From Mycobacterium tuberculosis H37Rv (lineage in GTDB: Bacteria > Actinomycetota > Actinomycetes > Mycobacteriales > Mycobacteriaceae), in contig NC_000962.3 in NCBI RefSeq assembly GCF_000195955.2, positions 4,350,001 to 4,382,000 of the forward strand: a stretch of DNA of 32,000 nt, in the 5' to 3' direction. The position numbers and the translations under genes were made by a program. The notes below the pieces were generated by a model. That model searched no databases, had not been told where the DNA came from, and saw only the letters and a list, made by a program, of their open reading frames with translations. Positions 1 through 9,782 of this stretch are shown here, piece by piece (position 1 is the first letter of the stretch; each line of letters begins with the position of its first letter).

Positions 1-602
1 CCATTTGTGCCCGAAACAGTCCCCAGCAGGTGCGGTTCATGCTCGCGGACTACCGCTCGGGCCTGCTGGACGCGGTGCCGGACACCCATCTGCTGGGCGC
101 CGGCGCGATCAACCGCAACAGCGCGTCGCTAGACGAGGCCGTTCAAGCACTGGCGGTCAACCTGAAGAAGCGGTTGCCGCCGACCGACCTGACGACGGCG
201 CAGCTACGCTCGCGTTCGTGGTGGAGCGGATTTGACGTCGTGCTTCTGGTCGACGATTGGCACATGATCGTGGGTGCCGCCGGGGGGATGCCGCCGATGG
301 CACCGCTGGCCCCGTTATTGCCGGCGGCGGCAGATATCGGGTTGCACATCATTGTCACCTGTCAGATGAGCCAGGCTTACAAGGCAACCATGGACAAGTT
401 CGTCGGCGCCGCATTCGGGTCGGGCGCTCCGACAATGTTCCTTTCGGGCGAGAAGCAGGAATTCCCATCCAGTGAGTTCAAGGTCAAGCGGCGCCCCCCT
501 GGCCAGGCATTTCTCGTCTCGCCAGACGGCAAAGAGGTCATCCAGGCCCCCTACATCGAGCCTCCAGAAGAAGTGTTCGCAGCACCCCCAAGCGCCGGTT
601 AA
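1..602 (+). CDS. eccCb1: EccCb1, ESX-1 FtsK/SpoIIIE-type ATPase, C-terminal fragment (5' end outside window)
   Basis: Frame open from base 3 ([20 protein letters not shown]...) to stop at 602. Contains [13 protein letters not shown] (Walker B-like) and ends [10 protein letters not shown], directly upstream of the PE35/PPE68/esxBA cluster. Confidence 0.95.
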
Positions 603-744
603 GATTATTTCATTGCCGGTGTAGCAGGACCCGAGCTCAGCCCGGTAATCGAGTTCGGGCAATGCTGACCATCGGGTTTGTTTCCGGCTATAACCGAACG
701 GTTTGTGTACGGGATACAAATACAGGGAGGGAAGAAGTAGGCAA

Positions 745-1044
745 ATGGAAAAAATGTCACATGATCCGATCGCTGCCGACATTGGCACGCAAGTGAGCGA
801 CAACGCTCTGCACGGCGTGACGGCCGGCTCGACGGCGCTGACGTCGGTGACCGGGCTGGTTCCCGCGGGGGCCGATGAGGTCTCCGCCCAAGCGGCGACG
901 GCGTTCACATCGGAGGGCATCCAATTGCTGGCTTCCAATGCATCGGCCCAAGACCAGCTCCACCGTGCGGGCGAAGCGGTCCAGGACGTCGCCCGCACCT
1001 ATTCGCAAATCGACGACGGCGCCGCCGGCGTCTTCGCCGAATAG
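745..1044 (+). CDS. PE35: PE35, PE family protein, 99 aa
   Basis: MEKMSHDPIAADIGTQVSDNALHG...; C-terminal YSQID matches YxxxD/E; sits upstream of PPE68. The ATG at 745 follows a purine-rich stretch (agggagggaagaag); an alternative ATG lies at 754. Confidence 0.95.
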   Translation: MEKMSHDPIAADIGTQVSDNALHGVTAGSTALTSVTGLVPAGADEVSAQAATAFTSEGIQLLASNASAQDQLHRAGEAVQDVARTYSQIDDGAAGVFAE

Positions 1045-1074
1045 GCCCCCAACACATCGGAGGGAGTGATCACC

Positions 1075-2181
1075 ATGCTGTGGCACGCAATGCCACCGGA
1101 GCTAAATACCGCACGGCTGATGGCCGGCGCGGGTCCGGCTCCAATGCTTGCGGCGGCCGCGGGATGGCAGACGCTTTCGGCGGCTCTGGACGCTCAGGCC
1201 GTCGAGTTGACCGCGCGCCTGAACTCTCTGGGAGAAGCCTGGACTGGAGGTGGCAGCGACAAGGCGCTTGCGGCTGCAACGCCGATGGTGGTCTGGCTAC
1301 AAACCGCGTCAACACAGGCCAAGACCCGTGCGATGCAGGCGACGGCGCAAGCCGCGGCATACACCCAGGCCATGGCCACGACGCCGTCGCTGCCGGAGAT
1401 CGCCGCCAACCACATCACCCAGGCCGTCCTTACGGCCACCAACTTCTTCGGTATCAACACGATCCCGATCGCGTTGACCGAGATGGATTATTTCATCCGT
1501 ATGTGGAACCAGGCAGCCCTGGCAATGGAGGTCTACCAGGCCGAGACCGCGGTTAACACGCTTTTCGAGAAGCTCGAGCCGATGGCGTCGATCCTTGATC
1601 CCGGCGCGAGCCAGAGCACGACGAACCCGATCTTCGGAATGCCCTCCCCTGGCAGCTCAACACCGGTTGGCCAGTTGCCGCCGGCGGCTACCCAGACCCT
1701 CGGCCAACTGGGTGAGATGAGCGGCCCGATGCAGCAGCTGACCCAGCCGCTGCAGCAGGTGACGTCGTTGTTCAGCCAGGTGGGCGGCACCGGCGGCGGC
1801 AACCCAGCCGACGAGGAAGCCGCGCAGATGGGCCTGCTCGGCACCAGTCCGCTGTCGAACCATCCGCTGGCTGGTGGATCAGGCCCCAGCGCGGGCGCGG
1901 GCCTGCTGCGCGCGGAGTCGCTACCTGGCGCAGGTGGGTCGTTGACCCGCACGCCGCTGATGTCTCAGCTGATCGAAAAGCCGGTTGCCCCCTCGGTGAT
2001 GCCGGCGGCTGCTGCCGGATCGTCGGCGACGGGTGGCGCCGCTCCGGTGGGTGCGGGAGCGATGGGCCAGGGTGCGCAATCCGGCGGCTCCACCAGGCCG
2101 GGTCTGGTCGCGCCGGCACCGCTCGCGCAGGAGCGTGAAGAAGACGACGAGGACGACTGGGACGAAGAGGACGACTGGTGA
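1075..2181 (+). CDS. PPE68: PPE68, PPE family protein, 368 aa
   Basis: [20 protein letters not shown] start (PPE motif), [10 protein letters not shown] (WxG region), long Gly/Pro-rich C-terminus. Confidence 0.95.
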
Positions 2182-2273
2182 GCTCCCGTAATGACAACAG
2201 ACTTCCCGGCCACCCGGGCCGGAAGACTTGCCAACATTTTGGCGAGGAAGGTAAAGAGAGAAAGTAGTCCAGC

Positions 2274-2576
2274 ATGGCAGAGATGAAGACCGATGCCGCT
2301 ACCCTCGCGCAGGAGGCAGGTAATTTCGAGCGGATCTCCGGCGACCTGAAAACCCAGATCGACCAGGTGGAGTCGACGGCAGGTTCGTTGCAGGGCCAGT
2401 GGCGCGGCGCGGCGGGGACGGCCGCCCAGGCCGCGGTGGTGCGCTTCCAAGAAGCAGCCAATAAGCAGAAGCAGGAACTCGACGAGATCTCGACGAATAT
2501 TCGTCAGGCCGGCGTCCAATACTCGAGGGCCGACGAGGAGCAGCAGCAGGCGCTGTCCTCGCAAATGGGCTTCTGA
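2274..2576 (+). CDS. esxB: EsxB (CFP-10), WXG100 protein, 100 aa
   Basis: MAEMKTDAATLAQEAGNFERISGDLKTQIDQVESTAGSLQGQWRGAAG...; C-terminal YSRADEEQQQALSSQMGF (YxxxD). Confidence 0.99.
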   Translation: MAEMKTDAATLAQEAGNFERISGDLKTQIDQVESTAGSLQGQWRGAAGTAAQAAVVRFQEAANKQKQELDEISTNIRQAGVQYSRADEEQQQALSSQMGF

Positions 2577-2584
2577 CCCGCTAA

Positions 2585-2896
<312 letters not shown>

Positions 2897-2936
2897 GGCA
2901 ACGCCGAGTTCGCGTAGAATAGCGAAACACGGGATC

Positions 2937-2970
2937 GGGCGAGTTCGACCTTCCGTCGGTCTCGCCCTTT
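2937..2970 (+). terminator. Terminator-like hairpin between esxA and espI
   Basis: GGGCGAG-TT-CGAC-CTTCC-GTCG-GT-CTCGCCC-TTT: 7-bp outer stem (2937-2943/2961-2967) plus 4-bp inner stem separated by one mismatch and one G-T pair, followed by TTTCTCGTGTTT. Confidence 0.55.
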
Positions 2971-3009
2971 CTCGTGTTTATACGTTTGAGCGCACTCTGA
3001 GAGGTTGTC

Positions 3010-5010
3010 ATGGCGGCCGACTACGACAAGCTCTTCCGGCCGCACGAAGGTATGGAAGCTCCGGACGATATGGCAGCGCAGCCGTTCTTCGACCCCAGTG
3101 CTTCGTTTCCGCCGGCGCCCGCATCGGCAAACCTACCGAAGCCCAACGGCCAGACTCCGCCCCCGACGTCCGACGACCTGTCGGAGCGGTTCGTGTCGGC
3201 CCCGCCGCCGCCACCCCCACCCCCACCTCCGCCTCCGCCAACTCCGATGCCGATCGCCGCAGGAGAGCCGCCCTCGCCGGAACCGGCCGCATCTAAACCA
3301 CCCACACCCCCCATGCCCATCGCCGGACCCGAACCGGCCCCACCCAAACCACCCACACCCCCCATGCCCATCGCCGGACCCGAACCGGCCCCACCCAAAC
3401 CACCCACACCTCCGATGCCCATCGCCGGACCTGCACCCACCCCAACCGAATCCCAGTTGGCGCCCCCCAGACCACCGACACCACAAACGCCAACCGGAGC
3501 GCCGCAGCAACCGGAATCACCGGCGCCCCACGTACCCTCGCACGGGCCACATCAACCCCGGCGCACCGCACCAGCACCGCCCTGGGCAAAGATGCCAATC
3601 GGCGAACCCCCGCCCGCTCCGTCCAGACCGTCTGCGTCCCCGGCCGAACCACCGACCCGGCCTGCCCCCCAACACTCCCGACGTGCGCGCCGGGGTCACC
3701 GCTATCGCACAGACACCGAACGAAACGTCGGGAAGGTAGCAACTGGTCCATCCATCCAGGCGCGGCTGCGGGCAGAGGAAGCATCCGGCGCGCAGCTCGC
3801 CCCCGGAACGGAGCCCTCGCCAGCGCCGTTGGGCCAACCGAGATCGTATCTGGCTCCGCCCACCCGCCCCGCGCCGACAGAACCTCCCCCCAGCCCCTCG
3901 CCGCAGCGCAACTCCGGTCGGCGTGCCGAGCGACGCGTCCACCCCGATTTAGCCGCCCAACATGCCGCGGCGCAACCTGATTCAATTACGGCCGCAACCA
4001 CTGGCGGTCGTCGCCGCAAGCGTGCAGCGCCGGATCTCGACGCGACACAGAAATCCTTAAGGCCGGCGGCCAAGGGGCCGAAGGTGAAGAAGGTGAAGCC
4101 CCAGAAACCGAAGGCCACGAAGCCGCCCAAAGTGGTGTCGCAGCGCGGCTGGCGACATTGGGTGCATGCGTTGACGCGAATCAACCTGGGCCTGTCACCC
4201 GACGAGAAGTACGAGCTGGACCTGCACGCTCGAGTCCGCCGCAATCCCCGCGGGTCGTATCAGATCGCCGTCGTCGGTCTCAAAGGTGGGGCTGGCAAAA
4301 CCACGCTGACAGCAGCGTTGGGGTCGACGTTGGCTCAGGTGCGGGCCGACCGGATCCTGGCTCTAGACGCGGATCCAGGCGCCGGAAACCTCGCCGATCG
4401 GGTAGGGCGACAATCGGGCGCGACCATCGCTGATGTGCTTGCAGAAAAAGAGCTGTCGCACTACAACGACATCCGCGCACACACTAGCGTCAATGCGGTC
4501 AATCTGGAAGTGCTGCCGGCACCGGAATACAGCTCGGCGCAGCGCGCGCTCAGCGACGCCGACTGGCATTTCATCGCCGATCCTGCGTCGAGGTTTTACA
4601 ACCTCGTCTTGGCTGATTGTGGGGCCGGCTTCTTCGACCCGCTGACCCGCGGCGTGCTGTCCACGGTGTCCGGTGTCGTGGTCGTGGCAAGTGTCTCAAT
4701 CGACGGCGCACAACAGGCGTCGGTCGCGTTGGACTGGTTGCGCAACAACGGTTACCAAGATTTGGCGAGCCGCGCATGCGTGGTCATCAATCACATCATG
4801 CCGGGAGAACCCAATGTCGCAGTTAAAGACCTGGTGCGGCATTTCGAACAGCAAGTTCAACCCGGCCGGGTCGTGGTCATGCCGTGGGACAGGCACATTG
4901 CGGCCGGAACCGAGATTTCACTCGACTTGCTCGACCCTATCTACAAGCGCAAGGTCCTCGAATTGGCCGCAGCGCTATCCGACGATTTCGAGAGGGCTGG
5001 ACGTCGTTGA
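3010..5010 (+). CDS. espI: EspI, ESX-1 associated protein with Pro-rich N-terminus and ParA/MinD-like ATPase C-terminus, 666 aa
   Basis: Pro/Ala-rich N-terminal half, then VVGLKGGAGKTTLTAALG (deviant Walker A), ALDADPGAGNLADR, NLVLADCGAGF. Confidence 0.96.
   Translation: MAADYDKLFRPHEGMEAPDDMAAQPFFDPSASFPPAPASANLPKPNGQTPPPTSDDLSERFVSAPPPPPPPPPPPPPTPMPIAAGEPPSPEPAASKPPTPPMPIAGPEPAPPKPPTPPMPIAGPEPAPPKPPTPPMPIAGPAPTPTESQLAPPRPPTPQTPTGAPQQPESPAPHVPSHGPHQPRRTAPAPPWAKMPIGEPPPAPSRPSASPAEPPTRPAPQHSRRARRGHRYRTDTERNVGKVATGPSIQARLRAEEASGAQLAPGTEPSPAPLGQPRSYLAPPTRPAPTEPPPSPSPQRNSGRRAERRVHPDLAAQHAAAQPDSITAATTGGRRRKRAAPDLDATQKSLRPAAKGPKVKKVKPQKPKATKPPKVVSQRGWRHWVHALTRINLGLSPDEKYELDLHARVRRNPRGSYQIAVVGLKGGAGKTTLTAALGSTLAQVRADRILALDADPGAGNLADRVGRQSGATIADVLAEKELSHYNDIRAHTSVNAVNLEVLPAPEYSSAQRALSDADWHFIADPASRFYNLVLADCGAGFFDPLTRGVLSTVSGVVVVASVSIDGAQQASVALDWLRNNGYQDLASRACVVINHIMPGEPNVAVKDLVRHFEQQVQPGRVVVMPWDRHIAAGTEISLDLLDPIYKRKVLELAAALSDDFERAGRR
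3298..3450 (+). repeat. 51-bp coding tandem repeat in espI (PPTPPMPIAGPEPAPPK)
   Basis: Copies at 3298-3348 and 3349-3399 are identical by eye. A partial, diverged third copy starts at 3400 and a degenerate unit lies upstream (PTPMPIAAGEPPSPEP). Confidence 0.9.
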
Positions 5011-6542
5011 GCGCACCTGCTGTTGCTGCTGGTCCTACCGCCGCGGGGGCAACCGCTGCGCGGCCTGCCACCACCCGGGTGACGATCCTGACCGGCAGAC
5101 GGATGACCGATTTGGTACTGCCAGCGGCGGTGCCGATGGAAACTTATATTGACGACACCGTCGCGGTGCTTTCCGAGGTGTTGGAAGACACGCCGGCTGA
5201 TGTACTCGGCGGCTTCGACTTTACCGCGCAAGGCGTGTGGGCGTTCGCTCGTCCCGGATCGCCGCCGCTGAAGCTCGACCAGTCACTCGATGACGCCGGG
5301 GTGGTCGACGGGTCACTGCTGACTCTGGTGTCAGTCAGTCGCACCGAGCGCTACCGACCGTTGGTCGAGGATGTCATCGACGCGATCGCCGTGCTTGACG
5401 AGTCACCTGAGTTCGACCGCACGGCATTGAATCGCTTTGTGGGGGCGGCGATCCCGCTTTTGACCGCGCCCGTCATCGGGATGGCGATGCGGGCGTGGTG
5501 GGAAACTGGGCGTAGCTTGTGGTGGCCGTTGGCGATTGGCATCCTGGGGATCGCTGTGCTGGTAGGCAGCTTCGTCGCGAACAGGTTCTACCAGAGCGGC
5601 CACCTGGCCGAGTGCCTACTGGTCACGACGTATCTGCTGATCGCAACCGCCGCAGCGCTGGCCGTGCCGTTGCCGCGCGGGGTCAACTCGTTGGGGGCGC
5701 CACAAGTTGCCGGCGCCGCTACGGCCGTGCTGTTTTTGACCTTGATGACGCGGGGCGGCCCTCGGAAGCGTCATGAGTTGGCGTCGTTTGCCGTGATCAC
5801 CGCTATCGCGGTCATCGCGGCCGCCGCTGCCTTCGGCTATGGATACCAGGACTGGGTCCCCGCGGGGGGGATCGCATTCGGGCTGTTCATTGTGACGAAT
5901 GCGGCCAAGCTGACCGTCGCGGTCGCGCGGATCGCGCTGCCGCCGATTCCGGTACCCGGCGAAACCGTGGACAACGAGGAGTTGCTCGATCCCGTCGCGA
6001 CCCCGGAGGCTACCAGCGAAGAAACCCCGACCTGGCAGGCCATCATCGCGTCGGTGCCCGCGTCCGCGGTCCGGCTCACCGAGCGCAGCAAACTGGCCAA
6101 GCAACTTCTGATCGGATACGTCACGTCGGGCACCCTGATTCTGGCTGCCGGTGCCATCGCGGTCGTGGTGCGCGGGCACTTCTTTGTACACAGCCTGGTG
6201 GTCGCGGGTTTGATCACGACCGTCTGCGGATTTCGCTCGCGGCTTTACGCCGAGCGCTGGTGTGCGTGGGCGTTGCTGGCGGCGACGGTCGCGATTCCGA
6301 CGGGTCTGACGGCCAAACTCATCATCTGGTACCCGCACTATGCCTGGCTGTTGTTGAGCGTCTACCTCACGGTAGCCCTGGTTGCGCTCGTGGTGGTCGG
6401 GTCGATGGCTCACGTCCGGCGCGTTTCACCGGTCGTAAAACGAACTCTGGAATTGATCGACGGCGCCATGATCGCTGCCATCATTCCCATGCTGCTGTGG
6501 ATCACCGGGGTGTACGACACGGTCCGCAATATCCGGTTCTGA
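5007..6542 (+). CDS. eccD1: EccD1, ESX-1 integral membrane transporter component, 511 aa
   Basis: TTG start at 5007 overlapping the espI stop (TTGA). Ubiquitin-like N-terminus (TRVTILTGRRMTDLVLPAAVPMETYIDDTVAVLSE), then many hydrophobic helices. The ORF track starts further upstream at 4884, inside espI. Confidence 0.93.
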   Translation: MSAPAVAAGPTAAGATAARPATTRVTILTGRRMTDLVLPAAVPMETYIDDTVAVLSEVLEDTPADVLGGFDFTAQGVWAFARPGSPPLKLDQSLDDAGVVDGSLLTLVSVSRTERYRPLVEDVIDAIAVLDESPEFDRTALNRFVGAAIPLLTAPVIGMAMRAWWETGRSLWWPLAIGILGIAVLVGSFVANRFYQSGHLAECLLVTTYLLIATAAALAVPLPRGVNSLGAPQVAGAATAVLFLTLMTRGGPRKRHELASFAVITAIAVIAAAAAFGYGYQDWVPAGGIAFGLFIVTNAAKLTVAVARIALPPIPVPGETVDNEELLDPVATPEATSEETPTWQAIIASVPASAVRLTERSKLAKQLLIGYVTSGTLILAAGAIAVVVRGHFFVHSLVVAGLITTVCGFRSRLYAERWCAWALLAATVAIPTGLTAKLIIWYPHYAWLLLSVYLTVALVALVVVGSMAHVRRVSPVVKRTLELIDGAMIAAIIPMLLWITGVYDTVRNIRF

Positions 6543-6692
6543 GCCGGATCGGCTGATTGGCGGTTCCTGACAGAACATCGAGGACACGGCGCAGGTTTGC
6601 ATACCTTCGGCGCCCGACAAATTGCTGCGATTGAGCGTGTGGCGCGTCCGGTAAAATTTGCTCGATGGGGAACACGTATAGGAGATCCGGCA

Positions 6693-7535
6693 ATGGCTGA
6701 ACCGTTGGCCGTCGATCCCACCGGCTTGAGCGCAGCGGCCGCGAAATTGGCCGGCCTCGTTTTTCCGCAGCCTCCGGCGCCGATCGCGGTCAGCGGAACG
6801 GATTCGGTGGTAGCAGCAATCAACGAGACCATGCCAAGCATCGAATCGCTGGTCAGTGACGGGCTGCCCGGCGTGAAAGCCGCCCTGACTCGAACAGCAT
6901 CCAACATGAACGCGGCGGCGGACGTCTATGCGAAGACCGATCAGTCACTGGGAACCAGTTTGAGCCAGTATGCATTCGGCTCGTCGGGCGAAGGCCTGGC
7001 TGGCGTCGCCTCGGTCGGTGGTCAGCCAAGTCAGGCTACCCAGCTGCTGAGCACACCCGTGTCACAGGTCACGACCCAGCTCGGCGAGACGGCCGCTGAG
7101 CTGGCACCCCGTGTTGTTGCGACGGTGCCGCAACTCGTTCAGCTGGCTCCGCACGCCGTTCAGATGTCGCAAAACGCATCCCCCATCGCTCAGACGATCA
7201 GTCAAACCGCCCAACAGGCCGCCCAGAGCGCGCAGGGCGGCAGCGGCCCAATGCCCGCACAGCTTGCCAGCGCTGAAAAACCGGCCACCGAGCAAGCGGA
7301 GCCGGTCCACGAAGTGACAAACGACGATCAGGGCGACCAGGGCGACGTGCAGCCGGCCGAGGTCGTTGCCGCGGCACGTGACGAAGGCGCCGGCGCATCA
7401 CCGGGCCAGCAGCCCGGCGGGGGCGTTCCCGCGCAAGCCATGGATACCGGAGCCGGTGCCCGCCCAGCGGCGAGTCCGCTGGCGGCCCCCGTCGATCCGT
7501 CGACTCCGGCACCCTCAACAACCACAACGTTGTAG
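6693..7535 (+). CDS. espJ: EspJ, ESX-1 secretion-associated protein, 280 aa
   Basis: MAEPLAVDPTGLSAAAAKLAGLVFP...; contains YAKTD (YxxxD) after the helical N-terminus; low-complexity C-terminus. Located downstream of eccD1. Confidence 0.93.
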   Translation: MAEPLAVDPTGLSAAAAKLAGLVFPQPPAPIAVSGTDSVVAAINETMPSIESLVSDGLPGVKAALTRTASNMNAAADVYAKTDQSLGTSLSQYAFGSSGEGLAGVASVGGQPSQATQLLSTPVSQVTTQLGETAAELAPRVVATVPQLVQLAPHAVQMSQNASPIAQTISQTAQQAAQSAQGGSGPMPAQLASAEKPATEQAEPVHEVTNDDQGDQGDVQPAEVVAAARDEGAGASPGQQPGGGVPAQAMDTGAGARPAASPLAAPVDPSTPAPSTTTTL

Positions 7536-7592
7536 ACCGGGCCTGCCAGCGGCTCCGTCTCGCACGCAGCGCCTGTTGCTGTCCTGGCCTCG

Positions 7593-9782
7593 TCAGCATG
7601 CGGCGGCCAGGGCCCGGTCGAGCAACCCGGTGACGTATTGCCAGTACAGCCAGTCCGCGACGGCCACACGCTGGACGGCCGCGTCAGTCGCAGTGTGCGC
7701 TTGGTGCAGGGCAATCTCCTGTGAGTGGGCAGCGTAGGCCCGGAACGCCCGCAGATGAGCGGCCTCGCGGCCGGTAGCGGTGCTGGTCATGGGCTTCATC
7801 AGCTCGAACCACAGCATGTGCCGCTCATCGCCCGGTGGATTGACATCCACCGGCGCCGGCGGCAACAAGTCGAGCAAACGCTGATCGGTAGTGTCGGCCA
7901 GCTGAGCCGCCGCCGAGGGGTCGACGACCTCCAGCCGCGACCGGCCCGTCATTTTGCCGCTCTCCGGAATGTCATCTGGCTCCAGCACAATCTTGGCCAC
8001 ACCGGGATCCGAACTGGCCAACTGCTCCGCGGTACCGATCACCGCCCGCAGCGTCATGTCGTGGAAAGCCGCCCAGGCTTGCACGGCCAAAACCGGGTAG
8101 GTGGCACAGCGTGCAATTTCGTCAACCGGGATTGCGTGATCCGCGCTGGCCAAGTACACCTTATTCGGCAATTCCATCCCGTCGGGTATGTAGGCCAGCC
8201 CATAGCTGTTGGCCACGACGATGGAACCGTCGGTGGTCACCGCGGTGATCCAGAAGAACCCGTAGTCGCCCGCGTTGTTGTCGGACGCGTTGAGCGCCGC
8301 CGCGATGCGTCGCGCCAACCGCAGCGCATCACCGCGGCCACGCTGGCGGGCGCTGGCAGCTGCAGTGGCGGCGTCGCGTGCCGCCCGAGCCGCCGACACC
8401 GGGATCATCGACACCGGCGTACCGTCATCTGCAGACTCGCTGCGATCGGGTTTGTCGATGTGATCGGTCGACGGCGGGCGGGCAGGAGGTGCCGTCCGCG
8501 CCGAGGCCGCCCGCGTGCTCGGTGCCGCCGCCTTGTCCGAGGTAGCCACCGGCGCCCGCCCAGTGGCAGCATGCGACCCCGCGCCCGAGGCCGCGGCCGT
8601 ACCCACGCTCGAACGCGCGCCCGCTCCCACGGCGGTACCGCTCGGCGCGGCGGCCGCCGCCCGTGCGCCCGGGACACCGGACGCCGCAGCCGGCGTCACC
8701 GACGCGGCGGATTCGTCCGCATGGGCAGGCCCCGACTGCGTCCCCCCGCCCGCATGCTGGCCCGGCACACCAGGTTGCTCCGCCAACGCCGCGGGTTTGA
8801 CGTGCGGCGCCGGCTCGCCCCCTGGGGTGCCCGGTGTTGCTGGACCAGACGGACCGGGAGTGGCCGGTGTAACCGGCTGGGGCCCAGGCGATGGCGCCGG
8901 TGCCGGAGCCGGCTGCGGGTGTGGAGCGGGAGCTGGGGTAACGGGCGTGGCCGGGGTTGCCGGTGTGGCCGGGGCGACCGGGGGGGTGACCGGCGTGATC
9001 GGGGTTGGCTCGCCTGGTGTGCCCGGTTTGACCGGGGTCACCGGGGTGACCGGCTTGCCCGGGGTCACCGGCGTGACGGGAGTGCCGGGCGTTGGTGTGA
9101 TCGGAGTTACCGGCGCTCCCGGGATGGGTGTGATTGGGGTTCCCGGGGTGATCGGGGTTCCCGGGGTGATCGGGGTTCCCGGTGTGCCCGGTGTGCCCGG
9201 GGATGGCACGACCAGGGTAGGCACGTCTGGGGGTGGCGGCGACTTCTGCTGAAGCAAATCCTCGAGTGCGTTCTTCGGAGGTTTCCAATTCTTGGATTCC
9301 AGCACCCGCTCAGCGGTCTCGGCGACCAGACTGACATTGGCCCCATGCGTCGCCGTGACCAATGAATTGATGGCGGTATGGCGCTCATCAGCATCCAGGC
9401 TAGGGTCATTCTCCAGGATATCGATCTCCCGTTGAGCGCCATCCACATTATTGCCGATATCGGATTTAGCTTGCTCAATCAACCCGGCAATATGCCTGTG
9501 CCAGGTAATCACCGTGGCGAGATAATCCTGCAGCGTCATCAATTGATTGATGTTTGCACCCAGGGCGCCGTTGGCAGCATTGGCGGCGCCGCCGGACCAT
9601 AGGCCGCCTTCGAAGACGTGGCCTTTCTGCTGGCGGCAGGTGTCCAATACATCGGTGACCCTTTGCAAAACCTGGCTATATTCCTGGGCCCGGTCATAGA
9701 AAGTGTCTTCATCGGCTTCCACCCAGCCGCCCGGATCCAGCATCTGTCTGGCATAGCTGCCCGTCGGCCTGGTAATACTCAT
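7593..9782 (-). CDS. espK: EspK, ESX-1 secretion-associated protein, 729 aa
   Basis: [20 protein letters not shown]...; WSGG in a helical N-terminal region, a Pro/Thr-rich linker (GTPITP repeats), then a structured C-terminus. Convergent with espJ. Confidence 0.94.
9136..9198. repeat. Short tandem repeats in the espK linker (18-bp and 9-bp units)
   Basis: GGGGTTCCCGGGGTGATC at 9136-9153 and 9154-9171, a partial third copy from 9172, then GGTGTGCCC at 9181-9189 and 9190-9198 (plus strand). Confidence 0.85.

Noticed and set aside
3201-3450. Possible CRISPR-like direct repeats in espI
   Set aside because: Repeats are contiguous, in frame and lack spacers. They are a protein-coding tandem repeat.
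3005-3739. 244-aa plus-strand ORF overlapping espI in another frame, plus the 3021-3440 Gly-rich minus-strand ORF
   Set aside because: Both arise from the GC-rich, repetitive espI proline region. Compositions (RP/HP or poly-Gly) mirror the repeat in other frames with no independent start signal.
4884-5006. Upstream ATG start for EccD1 at 4884 (552 aa)
   Set aside because: The extra 41 residues lie inside espI in another frame. The TTG at 5007 overlapping the espI stop gives the expected 511-aa EccD with its ubiquitin-like N-terminus.
8425-9288. 287-aa minus-strand ORF in an alternate frame of espK
   Set aside because: Low-complexity [10 protein letters not shown] repeat is a frame-shifted reading of the espK linker repeat.
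7725-9365. 546-aa plus-strand ORF antisense to espK
   Set aside because: Arg/Gly/His-rich translation with no recognisable domain, fully opposite a well-supported espK CDS. Long antisense open frames are expected at this GC content.
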